Shown here in pieces: positions 18,107 through 29,204 of a stretch of 64,000 nucleotides of DNA. Below the pieces are notes generated by a model. It ran no database searches. It was not told where the DNA came from and saw only the letters and a list, made by a program, of their open reading frames with translations. Location: contig CAXXHB010000003.1 in assembly GCA_963664815.2 (NCBI GenBank), positions 1,152,001-1,216,000 of the forward strand. The letters are read 5' to 3'. A program made the position numbers and the translations under genes. This DNA is from Spirochaetota bacterium. GTDB lineage: Bacteria; Spirochaetota; UBA4802; UBA5550. Each line of letters starts with the position of its first letter. Position 1 is the stretch's first letter.

Positions 18107-18117
18107 TAGAATAATTA

Positions 18118-18894
18118 ATGGAGTATTTTGTTAATCATTTTCAGGCTTTTTTTCTGATCCTGGTAAGAATAAATGCCATGATAATGATAGCCCCATTCTT
18201 TTCGAGTGGGGTTATTCCATTTAGAATGAAAGCTATACTGTCATTTTTTATTACTCTTGTTGTTTTTCCTGTTATTATTTCAACGATAAAAGTCCCGGGT
18301 AATATGGGGCACTATTATTTGCTTGTTCTTCAGGAAGCGGTGATAGGCATATATATAGGTTTCCTGGTTTCTATAATATTTTCATCTTTTCAGTTATCTG
18401 CACAGTATTATGCTGCGCAGATTGGTTTTGGAATAAATGAGGTTCTTGATCCGGTTGGACAGGTTTCAGTGCCGCTTATTGGACAGCTCAAAAACTTTGT
18501 AGGCTTAATCGTTTTTCTCTCTATTGACGGACATCATTTTTTAATAGAAGCAATATGCAGATCTTTCGAGCTTGCGCCGGCTTTTGGTGTCGGAAGAACC
18601 GCAACAGGCGGTTTCCTTAAATATCTTGTTTATTCATTCAGCGGTATGTTTATTGTGGCATTAAAGATATCTCTTCCCATAGTGGCAACTGCCTTTCTGA
18701 TTTCAGTGAGTATGGGAATACTGGCCAAGGCTGCCCCGCAGATGAATATTATGATGTTTGGTTTCCCTTTTCAGATTGTGGGGGGATTCGGTTTACTGAT
18801 GCTTACATCACCTCTTATTATAAGAATAATGCAGGTTGCCATTGAAAGAAGTTTCAAACTTCTTACCGGTATTATGCTTCACTGGCCGGCTTAG
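18118..18894 (+). CDS. fliR: Flagellar export gate FliR
   Basis: Multi-TM, AQIGFG, DGHH, KAAPQMNI..GFP. Confidence 0.96.
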   Translation: MEYFVNHFQAFFLILVRINAMIMIAPFFSSGVIPFRMKAILSFFITLVVFPVIISTIKVPGNMGHYYLLVLQEAVIGIYIGFLVSIIFSSFQLSAQYYAAQIGFGINEVLDPVGQVSVPLIGQLKNFVGLIVFLSIDGHHFLIEAICRSFELAPAFGVGRTATGGFLKYLVYSFSGMFIVALKISLPIVATAFLISVSMGILAKAAPQMNIMMFGFPFQIVGGFGLLMLTSPLIIRIMQVAIERSFKLLTGIMLHWPA

Positions 18895-18901
18895 GGGGAT
18901 T

Positions 18902-20059
18902 ATGCCTGAATTTTTAAAAAAATATTACCCTGATACTGTCAGTCTGGATGTAAATTTCAGATTTGATCTTCAGTTATTTGCCGCAGAGGATGAGGGAAGA
19001 ACTGAGGAGCCGACAGAAAAAAAGATACGCGAAGCCAGAGAGAAAGGGCAGGTTGTCAAGACGCAGGAACTTCCTCAGGCTATTGTTGTTATAGCAGGAT
19101 GCATGGTGTTGTTTATTTTCAGTTCATGGATGTATGATTCAATGGCGGCAATTACTAAACATTATTTAACCTCTTTTGCCGGAAAAACCATCACGAAGAG
19201 ATGGCTGGAAATTGAAATGCTTAAGCTTATATTTGAGTGTGGTAAGCTTCTTTTCCCTGTATTCCTTGCTACAAATATCGGCGCAATAATCGGAGAAGTA
19301 TCTCAGGTGGGGTTTCAGATATCGACTCATCCATTAAAACTTGATTGGAGTAAAATGAAACTGGATCCGGCATCGATCATGAAAAAAATATTTTTTTCAA
19401 AACAGATTGCTGCAAACCTTGCTAAATCAATAGTTAAAATTATCTGTATTGGTTTTATTGCCTATATGATTATTCAGGGTGATTTTGATGAAATATTAAA
19501 ATCACCGGATATATCGATAGCGCTTGCTCTGAAAAATGTTCTCTATACAGGTTTTAAAATTATTATCTGGAGTTCTGTTTTTCTTATGGCACTTTCTGTT
19601 CCGGATTATTTTTTTCAGAAGAGTGAATTCGTTGAATCCTTAAAAATGAGCAAACAGGAAATGAAGGAAGAGTTAAAGGAAACCATGGGTGATCCGCATA
19701 TCAGGGCAAGAATGCGTGAGATGCAGCGTGAGATCGTAATGAAAAATATGATAAGGGAAGTACCGAAAGCTGATGTTGTTGTAACAAATCCGACACATTA
19801 TGCTGTTGCACTTCAATATGACAGAGATACCATGGATGCCCCATCTGTTATAGCCAAAGGAGTTGACAGTATGGCCCTGAAAATAAGGGAAGTTGCAAAG
19901 GAAAACAATGTAGAGCTTATCGAGAACAGACCCCTTGCCCGTGAACTTTATAATCGTCTTGAAGTAGGTGATATGATTCCGGAAGATCTTTTTCGTGCCG
20001 TATCATTTGTCTATGCTGAACTTTATAAAAGGGAGAACAGGTTTAAAAGAGCAATATGA
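18902..20059 (+). CDS. flhB: Flagellar export protein FlhB
   Basis: LQLFAAEDEGRTEEPTEKK, GDPHIRAR, NPTH autocleavage motif; start ATG 18902. Confidence 0.97.
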   Translation: MPEFLKKYYPDTVSLDVNFRFDLQLFAAEDEGRTEEPTEKKIREAREKGQVVKTQELPQAIVVIAGCMVLFIFSSWMYDSMAAITKHYLTSFAGKTITKRWLEIEMLKLIFECGKLLFPVFLATNIGAIIGEVSQVGFQISTHPLKLDWSKMKLDPASIMKKIFFSKQIAANLAKSIVKIICIGFIAYMIIQGDFDEILKSPDISIALALKNVLYTGFKIIIWSSVFLMALSVPDYFFQKSEFVESLKMSKQEMKEELKETMGDPHIRARMREMQREIVMKNMIREVPKADVVVTNPTHYAVALQYDRDTMDAPSVIAKGVDSMALKIREVAKENNVELIENRPLARELYNRLEVGDMIPEDLFRAVSFVYAELYKRENRFKRAI

Positions 20060-20074
20060 TAAGGAGTTTAATCA

Positions 20075-22174
20075 ATGGCTGATCTGAAATTATCTTTAAC
20101 TCCGGGAAACAGGGAATGGATGCAGAAAAGCGATATTCTTGTCGGCATTGGTGTAATTGCTATTGTAGTAATGCTCATTATCCCTCTTCCTACCTTTTTA
20201 CTCGATTTTCTTATAGCGGTAAGCCTTATGCTCGGGCTGCTTATTCTTATGATAGTAATGTTTGTTCATAGATCTTTCGATTTTTCAATATTTCCATCTC
20301 TGATTCTTATTACAACAGTTTACAGGCTTGCACTTAATGTTTCGTCGACAAGACTGATATTACTGGAAGGTGCAGCTTTTGACGGAAAGATTATAAGAAC
20401 ATTTGGCCAATTTGTTGTCGGGGGAAATTATGTAGTCGGATTTATTATATTTATAATTCTGGTTGCGGTACAGTTTATCGTAATTACAAAGGGCGCTACC
20501 AGAACAGCAGAAGTTGCAGCAAGATTTACACTGGATGCAATGCCAGGAAAGCAGATGAGTATAGACTCTGACCTTTCAAATGGTCTGATAACGGAAGAAG
20601 CTGCAAAGATCAGAAGAGAGGAGATACGGAAAGAGGCTGATTTTTATGGAGCGATGGATGGAGCTTCAAAATTTGTATCCGGGGATGTAAAAGTCGGAAT
20701 TATTATTACATGTATAAATCTTATAGGTGGATTTATTATAGGTATGGTTCAGAGGGGCGAGTCTTTTGAGGTTGCCTTAAGAACTTATAGTCTGTTAAGC
20801 ATAGGTGACGGCCTTGTAGCCCAGATCCCGTCACTACTGACAACTACTGCAACAGGTATTATTGTGACCAGGGCAGTATCTAATGAAAACTTCGGTGACC
20901 AGATAGCTGATCAGATGACTTCACAGCCGAGAGCGCTTTATATTACCGCTGGAGCACTTGGTGCAGCCGTTCTTATACCGGGATTTCCGAAAATATCCCT
21001 GCTGATACTCTCAGCAGGGATTGCAACTCTCGGTTATCTGCTTACTCAATCCCGTGAAGAGGAGAGAGAACACCGTGAAACTGAAGCCAAACAGCTTGCT
21101 GTAAAGGATAATAAACCGGAATCGGTTCTTCCGCTTATACAGATTGATCCTCTCGAAGTTGAGATTGGATATAATCTTATACCGCTGGTTGATCCTGAAC
21201 AGGGTGGAACACTTCTTGACCGGATTACAAATATCAGGAGAAGAAGCGCCCTGGATATGGGACTTATTGTCCCTCCGATCAGAATCAGAGATAACATGGA
21301 ACTTGAACCTGAAATGTATTCAATTTTGATAAAAGGAGTTGAAGTGGGGAGAGGAGTTCTACAGGTCGGGAAACTCATGTCTATGGATTCGGGCGATATT
21401 AAAGAAAAAATTGACGGTGTTGAGTTCATCGAACCTGTTTTCAACTTGAATGCAATCTGGATAGACCCGGAAAGCAGGGATATTGCCGAGAGCAGAGGTT
21501 ATACGGTAGTTGATTGTCCGACAATAGTTGCGACTCACCTTACTGAAATAATCAAACGTCATGCTGATGAGATACTCGGCCGTGAAGAGGTTAAAAAGCT
21601 TATCGATAATATACGTGGAGATTATCCTGCGGTTGTTAAAGAGATTGAAGAGAAGATGTCATATGGCGAGATGCAGAAAGTATTGCAGAATCTTCTGAGG
21701 GAACGTGTTTCAATTCGCAACATGGTTACAATACTAGAAACACTTGCAACATATTATGAATACACAAAGGATACAGGGCTGCTTACTGAATATGTAAGGT
21801 CTGCCCTTGCACGTCAGATTACCGGAGCCTATACAGCTGAAGATAATGTACTGTCAGTTATCACTATTGATCCGGAGATCGAAGGTGTTATCAGGGATTC
21901 GATTCATGAGGACCGGATCGAGGGAAAAGTTCTTGGACTGGATCCGGATACACATCGTGTAATAGTAAACACGCTTCTTGATGCTTACCAGAGAGCGGGT
22001 AAAATGGGGTATGCACCGATATACCTTGTTTCTCCCCAGATCAGAAGCGTTACTTTTGTGCTTCTTGAACGAGAGGTTCCGGCACCCGTTGTGTTTGCTT
22101 ATAATGAGATAACAAAAAATATAAAAGTCAATGTAGTCGTTTCAGCGCTTCTGCCTGCGGGAATGCAGGTTTGA
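20075..22174 (+). CDS. flhA: Flagellar export protein FlhA
   Basis: [32 protein letters not shown]. Confidence 0.98.
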   Translation: MADLKLSLTPGNREWMQKSDILVGIGVIAIVVMLIIPLPTFLLDFLIAVSLMLGLLILMIVMFVHRSFDFSIFPSLILITTVYRLALNVSSTRLILLEGAAFDGKIIRTFGQFVVGGNYVVGFIIFIILVAVQFIVITKGATRTAEVAARFTLDAMPGKQMSIDSDLSNGLITEEAAKIRREEIRKEADFYGAMDGASKFVSGDVKVGIIITCINLIGGFIIGMVQRGESFEVALRTYSLLSIGDGLVAQIPSLLTTTATGIIVTRAVSNENFGDQIADQMTSQPRALYITAGALGAAVLIPGFPKISLLILSAGIATLGYLLTQSREEEREHRETEAKQLAVKDNKPESVLPLIQIDPLEVEIGYNLIPLVDPEQGGTLLDRITNIRRRSALDMGLIVPPIRIRDNMELEPEMYSILIKGVEVGRGVLQVGKLMSMDSGDIKEKIDGVEFIEPVFNLNAIWIDPESRDIAESRGYTVVDCPTIVATHLTEIIKRHADEILGREEVKKLIDNIRGDYPAVVKEIEEKMSYGEMQKVLQNLLRERVSIRNMVTILETLATYYEYTKDTGLLTEYVRSALARQITGAYTAEDNVLSVITIDPEIEGVIRDSIHEDRIEGKVLGLDPDTHRVIVNTLLDAYQRAGKMGYAPIYLVSPQIRSVTFVLLEREVPAPVVFAYNEITKNIKVNVVVSALLPAGMQV

Positions 22175-22238
22175 AATAAAGATTGGTCGCAATAATCAGT
22201 GTGTAAAATGACAATTAAAAAGATTTCAGGAGAGTAAC

Positions 22239-23603
22239 ATGAAATATCTTAAAATAACTGCAGACAGCTATAATGAAGCGATGAAAAAGCTACGCACGGA
22301 GCATGGTGATGAAGCAATACCGATCAGTCATAAATATGTAAAGCAGGGCGGTTTTTTTAATTCAAAAGTATTTGCTAAAGAGGTTGTTGAACTCACTGCT
22401 GCTGTAAAGGAGAGAAAACCTTTTCAGAACCCGGTTCCCAAGAAAAGTACTATTGATTTTATTGTAGATGATAAAAAAGAGCCTGTTCAGCTGGGGAAGG
22501 TACAGGAAATTCTGGACAGGGCATCTTCAGTTAAGGATGATTATAATGTTGAATCAATTAACAAGTCTATAGATGCGGCCAATGATAATCTGAATAGTTT
22601 TAAACAACCAGTACTTCATTCTGATTTTCAGGATTTTTCCGTTAAAAAAGAGAAAAATCATGTGAGAATTGCTGAAATTCAGGAAACAGCCAATAACAGA
22701 AATGAAATTGATAAAGTTGTATCCACTAATATTGAACGTGAAGTAAATGATATAAAAACAGCGTTGAACAAATTGCTTGAAGGACAGAAGATTACAACCG
22801 GATTGTGTGACGAGGATCAGTGTTTCGTTCCATTCAGGGAGATATTGAGAGCTAATGATTTTGAACCTGAAGAATGCGAGATAATGATTAAAGATATTAA
22901 AAATACTATCAGTAAAGAAGATCAGAAGGATATGTATAAGATTGAAAAAAGCTTGAAAGATCTTATAAAAAACCGGATTGTAACTGTAGGTCCTATTAAA
23001 AAGGGAAATAAAAAGAAAATTGTAATGTTTATAGGACCTACGGGAGTCGGGAAAACAACTACAATGGCAAAGCTCGGAGCTATAAACTCCCTCAGAGAAG
23101 GTAAAAAAGTATCATTTATAACTATTGATAATTATAGAATTGCAGCTACTGAACAGTTAAAAAAATATGCTGAAATTATGAGGATACCAATACATGTTAT
23201 AAGCGATCAGAGACATTTTAAAGATGTGATATCAAAGGAAAAATCTGATATTATCATGGTAGACACGTCAGGACGGAGTCATAATAATGAACTTAAGATT
23301 TCAGAAATTAAAAGCTTTGCAGATAATGTTGAATATGATTTAGAAAAAATATTGTGTGTCAGCGCAAACACAAAAAAGGGTGATTTGAAAGAGATTTTCA
23401 AAGCATTTGATGTAATGAAGTTTGATAGTGTAATAATTACAAAAGTAGATGAAACTTCTTTTATCGGGAATGTAATAGATATTGCCGATAAATATAATAA
23501 GCCTATATCATATTTTACGGATGGGCAGGAAGTTCCAAATGATATTCATATAGCAAACTCTGATGAAATAGTTGATATGATTATACGGAATTCCGCTAAA
23601 TAA
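22239..23603 (+). CDS. flhF: SRP-family flagellar GTPase FlhF
   Basis: GPTGVGKTTT, DNYRIAA, DTSG, TKVDE, GQEVPND. Confidence 0.96.
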   Translation: MKYLKITADSYNEAMKKLRTEHGDEAIPISHKYVKQGGFFNSKVFAKEVVELTAAVKERKPFQNPVPKKSTIDFIVDDKKEPVQLGKVQEILDRASSVKDDYNVESINKSIDAANDNLNSFKQPVLHSDFQDFSVKKEKNHVRIAEIQETANNRNEIDKVVSTNIEREVNDIKTALNKLLEGQKITTGLCDEDQCFVPFREILRANDFEPEECEIMIKDIKNTISKEDQKDMYKIEKSLKDLIKNRIVTVGPIKKGNKKKIVMFIGPTGVGKTTTMAKLGAINSLREGKKVSFITIDNYRIAATEQLKKYAEIMRIPIHVISDQRHFKDVISKEKSDIIMVDTSGRSHNNELKISEIKSFADNVEYDLEKILCVSANTKKGDLKEIFKAFDVMKFDSVIITKVDETSFIGNVIDIADKYNKPISYFTDGQEVPNDIHIANSDEIVDMIIRNSAK

Positions 23604-23620
23604 ATTCCAGGAGGTTTCAC

Positions 23621-24496
23621 TTGGATCAGGCAGCAAATTTAAGAAGGCTGGTTCTTGAGAAAAAAACCGATACCACATCAGCTACCCGCACTATTGTAAT
23701 AACAAGTGGTAAGGGTGGAGTGGGTAAAACCAGCCTGTCTGTGAGTCTTGCTATTGCAATTGCTCAGGATGGTAAATCTGTCACTCTCCTTGATGCGGAT
23801 CTGGGACTGGCCAATATCAATGTTATACTTGGTATTATACCTAAATACAATCTTTACCATGTAATAAAGGGTAAAAAAAAGCTGAAAGATATAATCATTG
23901 AAGTTCCGGAAGGTATAAAAATTATTGCAGGTGCTTCAGGTTTCCAGCAGCTTGCGAATCTTGATGTAAAACAGAGGGATGAATTTATCAATTCAATTGC
24001 AGAGCTCGCTAACGATGATTTTCTGATCGTAGATACCGGAGCAGGTATATCTCAGAATGTTCTCAGCTTTGTTATGGCAGCAGATGAGGTTATTGTTGTT
24101 ACAACACCTGAACCGACTGCGATTACAGATGCCTATGGCATAATAAAGGCAATTGCATCTCAATCCAATGAAAAACATATCAAACTGATAGTAAACCGGG
24201 CACAATCAGTTTCGGAGGGTAAGAGAGTAGCGCAAAGGGTTATTAATATTGCGGGTCAGTTTTTAAATATTAAAGTTGAAGAGCTTGGATTTGTTTATGA
24301 AGATATGTATGTTCCTAAATCTGTACGTAACCAGAAGCCGTTCATTGTCAGTTATCCAAACTGCAAAGCATCAGGTTGTGTAAAAATTATAGCTGACAGG
24401 ATTAATAATAAGCAGGTTGAGTTTGAAAAAGGTTCAGGGATAGCATCTTTTATAAAAAATCTGATTGGTCAATCCAATTTAGAAAGTGAAGAGTAG
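23621..24496 (+). CDS. flhG: Flagellar number regulator FlhG/FleN (MinD-like ATPase)
   Basis: MDQAANLR, SGKGGVGKT, DADLGLAN, TTPEPTAITDAY. Confidence 0.95.
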   Translation: MDQAANLRRLVLEKKTDTTSATRTIVITSGKGGVGKTSLSVSLAIAIAQDGKSVTLLDADLGLANINVILGIIPKYNLYHVIKGKKKLKDIIIEVPEGIKIIAGASGFQQLANLDVKQRDEFINSIAELANDDFLIVDTGAGISQNVLSFVMAADEVIVVTTPEPTAITDAYGIIKAIASQSNEKHIKLIVNRAQSVSEGKRVAQRVINIAGQFLNIKVEELGFVYEDMYVPKSVRNQKPFIVSYPNCKASGCVKIIADRINNKQVEFEKGSGIASFIKNLIGQSNLESEE

Positions 24497-24565
24497 AAAA
24501 AGGCTTGATTTGTTTATTACTATGGATACTTTATATATTGGAAAAATGAATTCCGGGTTGAAAAG

Positions 24566-25075
24566 ATGATACAGGTTGGTGAATTGGGATTAGAAATAAA
24601 ATGCGGGATATTCTTTTCCATTATCGCTTTTATTCTATCGATACTTACCGGACTAATAGCAAGTGTTCCACTGGAAAGGATTTTACTGAGGGTATTATTA
24701 ATGGTCCCGGTTTTCTTTGTAGTCGGATTGGGGCTGGTTCAGGTCCTGAAAAAATATGTTCCTGAGGTGTATGAGGTAGTCTTAAATCCTAAAGCAGCAT
24801 CTGAAGATTCATCTGTTGATATAGAGATTTCACCCGATATTTCTGAAAATGCAATTAGTGAAAGTACAGAAAAATCCGATTCAGGGTTTTCTGAGTTTAC
24901 AGAAAAAGATTATGACAGATTGCAGTCAGTCAGGGATTCCAGTCTTGATAATACACTTAATGCATCGAACGGGAAGCTCGGCAAGCATATAATTGTTGAA
25001 AATCAGTTTAACGAATATGAGCCGAAACTGATGGCTCAGGCAATAAGAACAATGATGAGTAAAGATAAAGATTAA
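24566..25075 (+). CDS. Hypothetical membrane protein between flhG and fliA
   Basis: Two N-terminal TM helices, acidic linker, C-terminal PKLMAQAIRTMM. Confidence 0.8.
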   Translation: MIQVGELGLEIKCGIFFSIIAFILSILTGLIASVPLERILLRVLLMVPVFFVVGLGLVQVLKKYVPEVYEVVLNPKAASEDSSVDIEISPDISENAISESTEKSDSGFSEFTEKDYDRLQSVRDSSLDNTLNASNGKLGKHIIVENQFNEYEPKLMAQAIRTMMSKDKD

Positions 25076-25093
25076 TTTTCCGGGAATGTGTAT

Positions 25094-25894
25094 ATGGATA
25101 ATAAAAAGTATAAAGAGTATGATGCACAGGACGAGGACAAACTCTGGGAGAAGTTTACTAAAAGCAATGACCAGATGATAAGAGATTTCTTCGTGCTTAA
25201 ATATGCACCGTTGGTAAAATACGTTGCCGGTAAAGTTTCAATGGGGATGCCTCAGAATATTGAATTTGATGATCTGGTATCATATGGTATTTTTGGATTA
25301 CTTGATGCTATTACGAAATTTGATCCAAACAGGGGTATAAAATTTAAAACTTATGCAATGACGAGAATAAGAGGGGCTATATTTGATGAATTGAGATCAA
25401 TTGACTGGATACCACGCTCTATACGACAAAAAGCCAAGCAGATTGAACTCATTATATCGGAATTGGAAAACAAACTTGGGAGAACTGTTGAAGATGATGA
25501 AATAGCACGGGAAATGGGTGTAAGCAATGAAGAGTTCCAGACACTGTTAAATAAATTAAGTGGTACATCGATGCTGTCGCTTAATGATATATGGTATCTT
25601 GGTGATGATAATGACGAATTATCTATTCTTGAAACTCTGGAAGCTCCGGAGAATATGAATCCCGATGTGCTTGTTGAGAAAGAAGAGATAAAGGATTATA
25701 TAATAGACGCTATTAGAAAACTTCCTGATAAGGAAAAAAAGGTAATTGTGCTTTATTACTATGAAGACCTTACTCTAAAGGAAATTGGTGAGGTCCTTGA
25801 AGTAACCGAAAGCCGGGTTTCACAGCTTCATACAAAAGCGATAATGAGGCTGCGGGGAAGACTTGGAAGAATTAAATCAAATATAGTCGGTTAA
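25094..25894 (+). CDS. fliA: RNA polymerase sigma-28 factor FliA/WhiG
   Basis: [56 protein letters not shown]. Confidence 0.97.
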   Translation: MDNKKYKEYDAQDEDKLWEKFTKSNDQMIRDFFVLKYAPLVKYVAGKVSMGMPQNIEFDDLVSYGIFGLLDAITKFDPNRGIKFKTYAMTRIRGAIFDELRSIDWIPRSIRQKAKQIELIISELENKLGRTVEDDEIAREMGVSNEEFQTLLNKLSGTSMLSLNDIWYLGDDNDELSILETLEAPENMNPDVLVEKEEIKDYIIDAIRKLPDKEKKVIVLYYYEDLTLKEIGEVLEVTESRVSQLHTKAIMRLRGRLGRIKSNIVG

Positions 25895-25895
25895 T

Positions 25896-27881
25896 ATGGC
25901 GAGTCTGAAAGATCTTTTTTTGGAAATAGATGAATCAAGCTCAGTTAATTATGAAGATGATTCAATTGAGGTTTATGCTGATTCAGTAAAGCAGGCGCTT
26001 GAAATTGCATCTGGTGAATTGAATCTGGATATTTCTCATCTTGACTATGAAGTAGTCGAAAAAGGGACAAAGGGTTTATTCGGTTTCGGTAGACTTCCAT
26101 ATCGTGTGATAATTACGCCATTAAAAATGAGTGAAGAGCATGATGATGTTGATGAAATCGAGATGAAACTGACAGGAACATATACTCCTGGAATTAACGT
26201 TGATGATAATAAAGATGTTGATGGAACATTTTCTGTAAGAGTATCCAAAACCGGTATATGGCTTAAAGTAACAAAAGCTAAAGGAAAGGGGATGCCAGTA
26301 GCTGTTGAAGCTGTAGAAAATAAATGTTATGGACTTCGTCTGGGGAATTTTGACAGAGCTGCAGTAGCAAAGTCTGTTAAAAAAGCAGATGGTGAAAGAG
26401 TTAAAATAGGTGAGTGGCTTCCAAATCCGACTTATGATTCCACGATGCGGATTGAAGTTACAGAGGATGAGTTGAAAGCATTTGTTTACTTCAATCCTCC
26501 CAAGTTTTCCGGGCGACATATGGATCTTGATGATATCATTGATGGCTTGCGGAATGCTGGTGTTGTAACTGGAATAAAGGAAGATGTCATAAAAGAATAT
26601 CTTGAAGAAATGGATTATAGAAAACCACTTATTGCTGCTGAGGGACAAAAACAGAGAGATGGAAGTAATGCTTACGTTGATTATAAAGTAAAAATAGATA
26701 AATCTACAATAAAATTTGAGGAAGATGATGCCGGGAAAGTGGATTTTCGTAATCTTGAACTGCTGGAAAACGTTGTAGTCGGGCAGCTTCTTGCTGTTAA
26801 GGTGCCGGCAGAGGAGGGTATACCGGGAAGGACTGTAACAAACAGGGTTTTACCCGCTAAATCCGGGAAGGATACAACAATCAAGTTTGGTAAAGGAACT
26901 ATTCTTTCAGAGGATGAAACTGAATTGACCGCTGAAATAAACGGGCAGGTTGTATACAAAATGGGTCGAATTTCTGTTGAGCCGATATTTATTGTACCCG
27001 GTGATGTTTCACTTGAATCTGGAAATATAGTTTTTCTTGGATCAGTAATAGTTCAGGGGAGCGTGCTTGACAACTTTGAAGTAAAAGCTGCCGGAAATGT
27101 TGAAGTAAAAGGAACTGTCCAGAAGGCCTTCATTGAAGCAGAAGGCGACATTATTGTGCATCAGGGAATTTCAGGTAAAGATGGAGCCAAGGTTGAATCA
27201 ACGGGAGGTTCGATATTTGCAAAATTCGCTCAGAATGCAAATATAGTAGCTGAAAGAAGTGTTGTCATTCCTGAAGGAATACTTCATTGCAAGGTTGATG
27301 CCGGTGAAAAAATATATTCAATAGGCAGAAGAGCAAAAATTGCTGGGGGCATCATACGTGCCGGTGATGAAGTTAATGCGGGATATCTTGGAGCAGAGGG
27401 TTCAACCAGAACTATTATAAGAGTTGGAGTTAATCCAAAGATGCTGCAGCAGATTGATGATCTTATGGATGCTAAAAAGCTGCTTGAAGATGAATTGACA
27501 ACTCTAAGGCTTGATCTTAAAACTTTAAATACGCAGAAGCGGAATGCCGGAGGAAAGATTTCTGAAGAAAAAGAAAAGATGCTTGAGGATCTGACTGCCC
27601 GTGAAGAAAAGCAGTCTGCCAGATTTACAGAGGTTTCCGGTGAACTGGAAGAACTCAGCGAATATATGAACATGCTGGAACACAAGGGTAAAGTTTGCGC
27701 TGATAAAATTGCATATCCTGGCGTTGAGATTTATATTAAAGATAAAGATTTTAAAATACGTGATAATTATAATCATGTTAAAGTATCGTTGCAGGGGGAT
27801 GAAATAGACATTTCAGATTATGATCCGCCTGAATTCATTGAAGGGAGCCAGAGGATAACAACTGTAGTCAGAAGAAGGTGA
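25896..27881 (+). CDS. fapA: FapA (DUF342) family protein with N-terminal Jag_N-like domain
   Basis: ADSVKQALEIA..YEVVEKGTKGLFGFG (Jag_N); GKVDFRNL..V..GQLLA, GNIVFLGSV beta-helix (DUF342). Confidence 0.85.
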   Translation: MASLKDLFLEIDESSSVNYEDDSIEVYADSVKQALEIASGELNLDISHLDYEVVEKGTKGLFGFGRLPYRVIITPLKMSEEHDDVDEIEMKLTGTYTPGINVDDNKDVDGTFSVRVSKTGIWLKVTKAKGKGMPVAVEAVENKCYGLRLGNFDRAAVAKSVKKADGERVKIGEWLPNPTYDSTMRIEVTEDELKAFVYFNPPKFSGRHMDLDDIIDGLRNAGVVTGIKEDVIKEYLEEMDYRKPLIAAEGQKQRDGSNAYVDYKVKIDKSTIKFEEDDAGKVDFRNLELLENVVVGQLLAVKVPAEEGIPGRTVTNRVLPAKSGKDTTIKFGKGTILSEDETELTAEINGQVVYKMGRISVEPIFIVPGDVSLESGNIVFLGSVIVQGSVLDNFEVKAAGNVEVKGTVQKAFIEAEGDIIVHQGISGKDGAKVESTGGSIFAKFAQNANIVAERSVVIPEGILHCKVDAGEKIYSIGRRAKIAGGIIRAGDEVNAGYLGAEGSTRTIIRVGVNPKMLQQIDDLMDAKKLLEDELTTLRLDLKTLNTQKRNAGGKISEEKEKMLEDLTAREEKQSARFTEVSGELEELSEYMNMLEHKGKVCADKIAYPGVEIYIKDKDFKIRDNYNHVKVSLQGDEIDISDYDPPEFIEGSQRITTVVRRR

Positions 27882-27890
27882 AATTATTGT

Positions 27891-28211
27891 ATGACAATTA
27901 AACCAATAGATCTTCAGACAAATATTGGTCAGATGACTGAGGTTGGAAAACATGAACATGCACGTCAGGGATCACTTGCGGCGCAGCAGCAGGTGCTTGA
28001 TAAGGAAGCTAATGAGAAATCAATTTTAAAAAACACAAGACTTGACGAGTCTGAAAAAGGTGAAAAAACATCTATCAAGGATGAATATAAACAGAGCGAA
28101 AGGCATGGCACTGCATCTGAAGGTGAACAGGAAAAAAAGAAGCAGGAAGAGAAAAGTTCTGAGAAAATGAAAGATGATAAAATGGGCAGGATAATAGATA
28201 TATTTAAATAG
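27891..28211 (+). CDS. Conserved hypothetical protein (flagellar cluster)
   Basis: MTIKPIDLQ N-terminus and GRIIDI C-terminus, a pattern seen in small proteins next to fapA. Confidence 0.8.
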   Translation: MTIKPIDLQTNIGQMTEVGKHEHARQGSLAAQQQVLDKEANEKSILKNTRLDESEKGEKTSIKDEYKQSERHGTASEGEQEKKKQEEKSSEKMKDDKMGRIIDIFK

Positions 28212-28308
28212 GAACTTATTGCTGCTTTCATGTTATGAAATGATTGTGTCTGAAATTTTATGTTAACGACATCCTGAAGTTTAAATGTTAATGTGACATA
28301 ACGGGGTA

Positions 28309-29115
28309 ATGATGGATATTTTTCTTTTATTTGTTTTTAATATTTTTACTGGTGCTGTTATATTTCTTATATTAAGTCTTAAAATTGAAAAAACATCATC
28401 GACTTTTCAGGAACAGAAACTGAGAAAAGAGATGGGTGAGATAATTACTGAGTTTAATTCTACGGCAGAGAGAAATATAACACTTCTGGAAAATCGTATT
28501 TCTGTTCTTAAAAAACTGTTAAACGAAAGTGGTTCATTGAAAGGTGTTGATTTTATTGTGTCAGATGAGAATATGAAAAATAACAGCCCGAAGAGAAACC
28601 CGGATCAATCAGAAAACGTATTTCCGGGAATAAAGGGTGAAAAAGAACAGGGGAGGGATATCGTTGAGAATAAATCACCCGTATTAAAAGTTGATAATAC
28701 TATCATCGGAAATTTTATGGATAAAATTCAATCTATAAATAAAGCTGAAAGTGTTTCTGATTCAAAAGAAAAGATAAGAAATATAAATGAAAACGAATAT
28801 AACAGGAAAAGAGATGAGAGGAATGAACGGGATATTAAAGATGGGAAATTGTATAACTCATCGTTTATAATCGAAAAAGATATAAGAGATATAAATATCC
28901 GCAGCAGCCATATTGATTTATCTGCTGATGAAGATATTACACTGAAATATGAAAAAGAAAAAACTGTTGATATTATGGAATTATTTCAGAAGACAGATGA
29001 TAAATATCTTCTGATTGCACAATTATTCAATGAAGGACATTCTGTTGAAGAACTTTCTCAGTACTCAGGCCTTCCTGCTGGAGAAATAAAACTTGTCATC
29101 AGTTTAAATTCTTAG
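28309..29115 (+). CDS. Hypothetical membrane-anchored protein with C-terminal HTH-like motif
   Basis: N-terminal TM, coiled coil AERNITLLE, C-terminal GHSVEELS..GEIKLVISL. Confidence 0.78.
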   Translation: MMDIFLLFVFNIFTGAVIFLILSLKIEKTSSTFQEQKLRKEMGEIITEFNSTAERNITLLENRISVLKKLLNESGSLKGVDFIVSDENMKNNSPKRNPDQSENVFPGIKGEKEQGRDIVENKSPVLKVDNTIIGNFMDKIQSINKAESVSDSKEKIRNINENEYNRKRDERNERDIKDGKLYNSSFIIEKDIRDINIRSSHIDLSADEDITLKYEKEKTVDIMELFQKTDDKYLLIAQLFNEGHSVEELSQYSGLPAGEIKLVISLNS

Positions 29116-29204
29116 CATATTGTATATATTAGGTAATATTAAATTAAGAAAGTATTAACAGTTTGGGATGTTACTATAATCACAGAAAATGGACAGGAAA
29201 AAAA

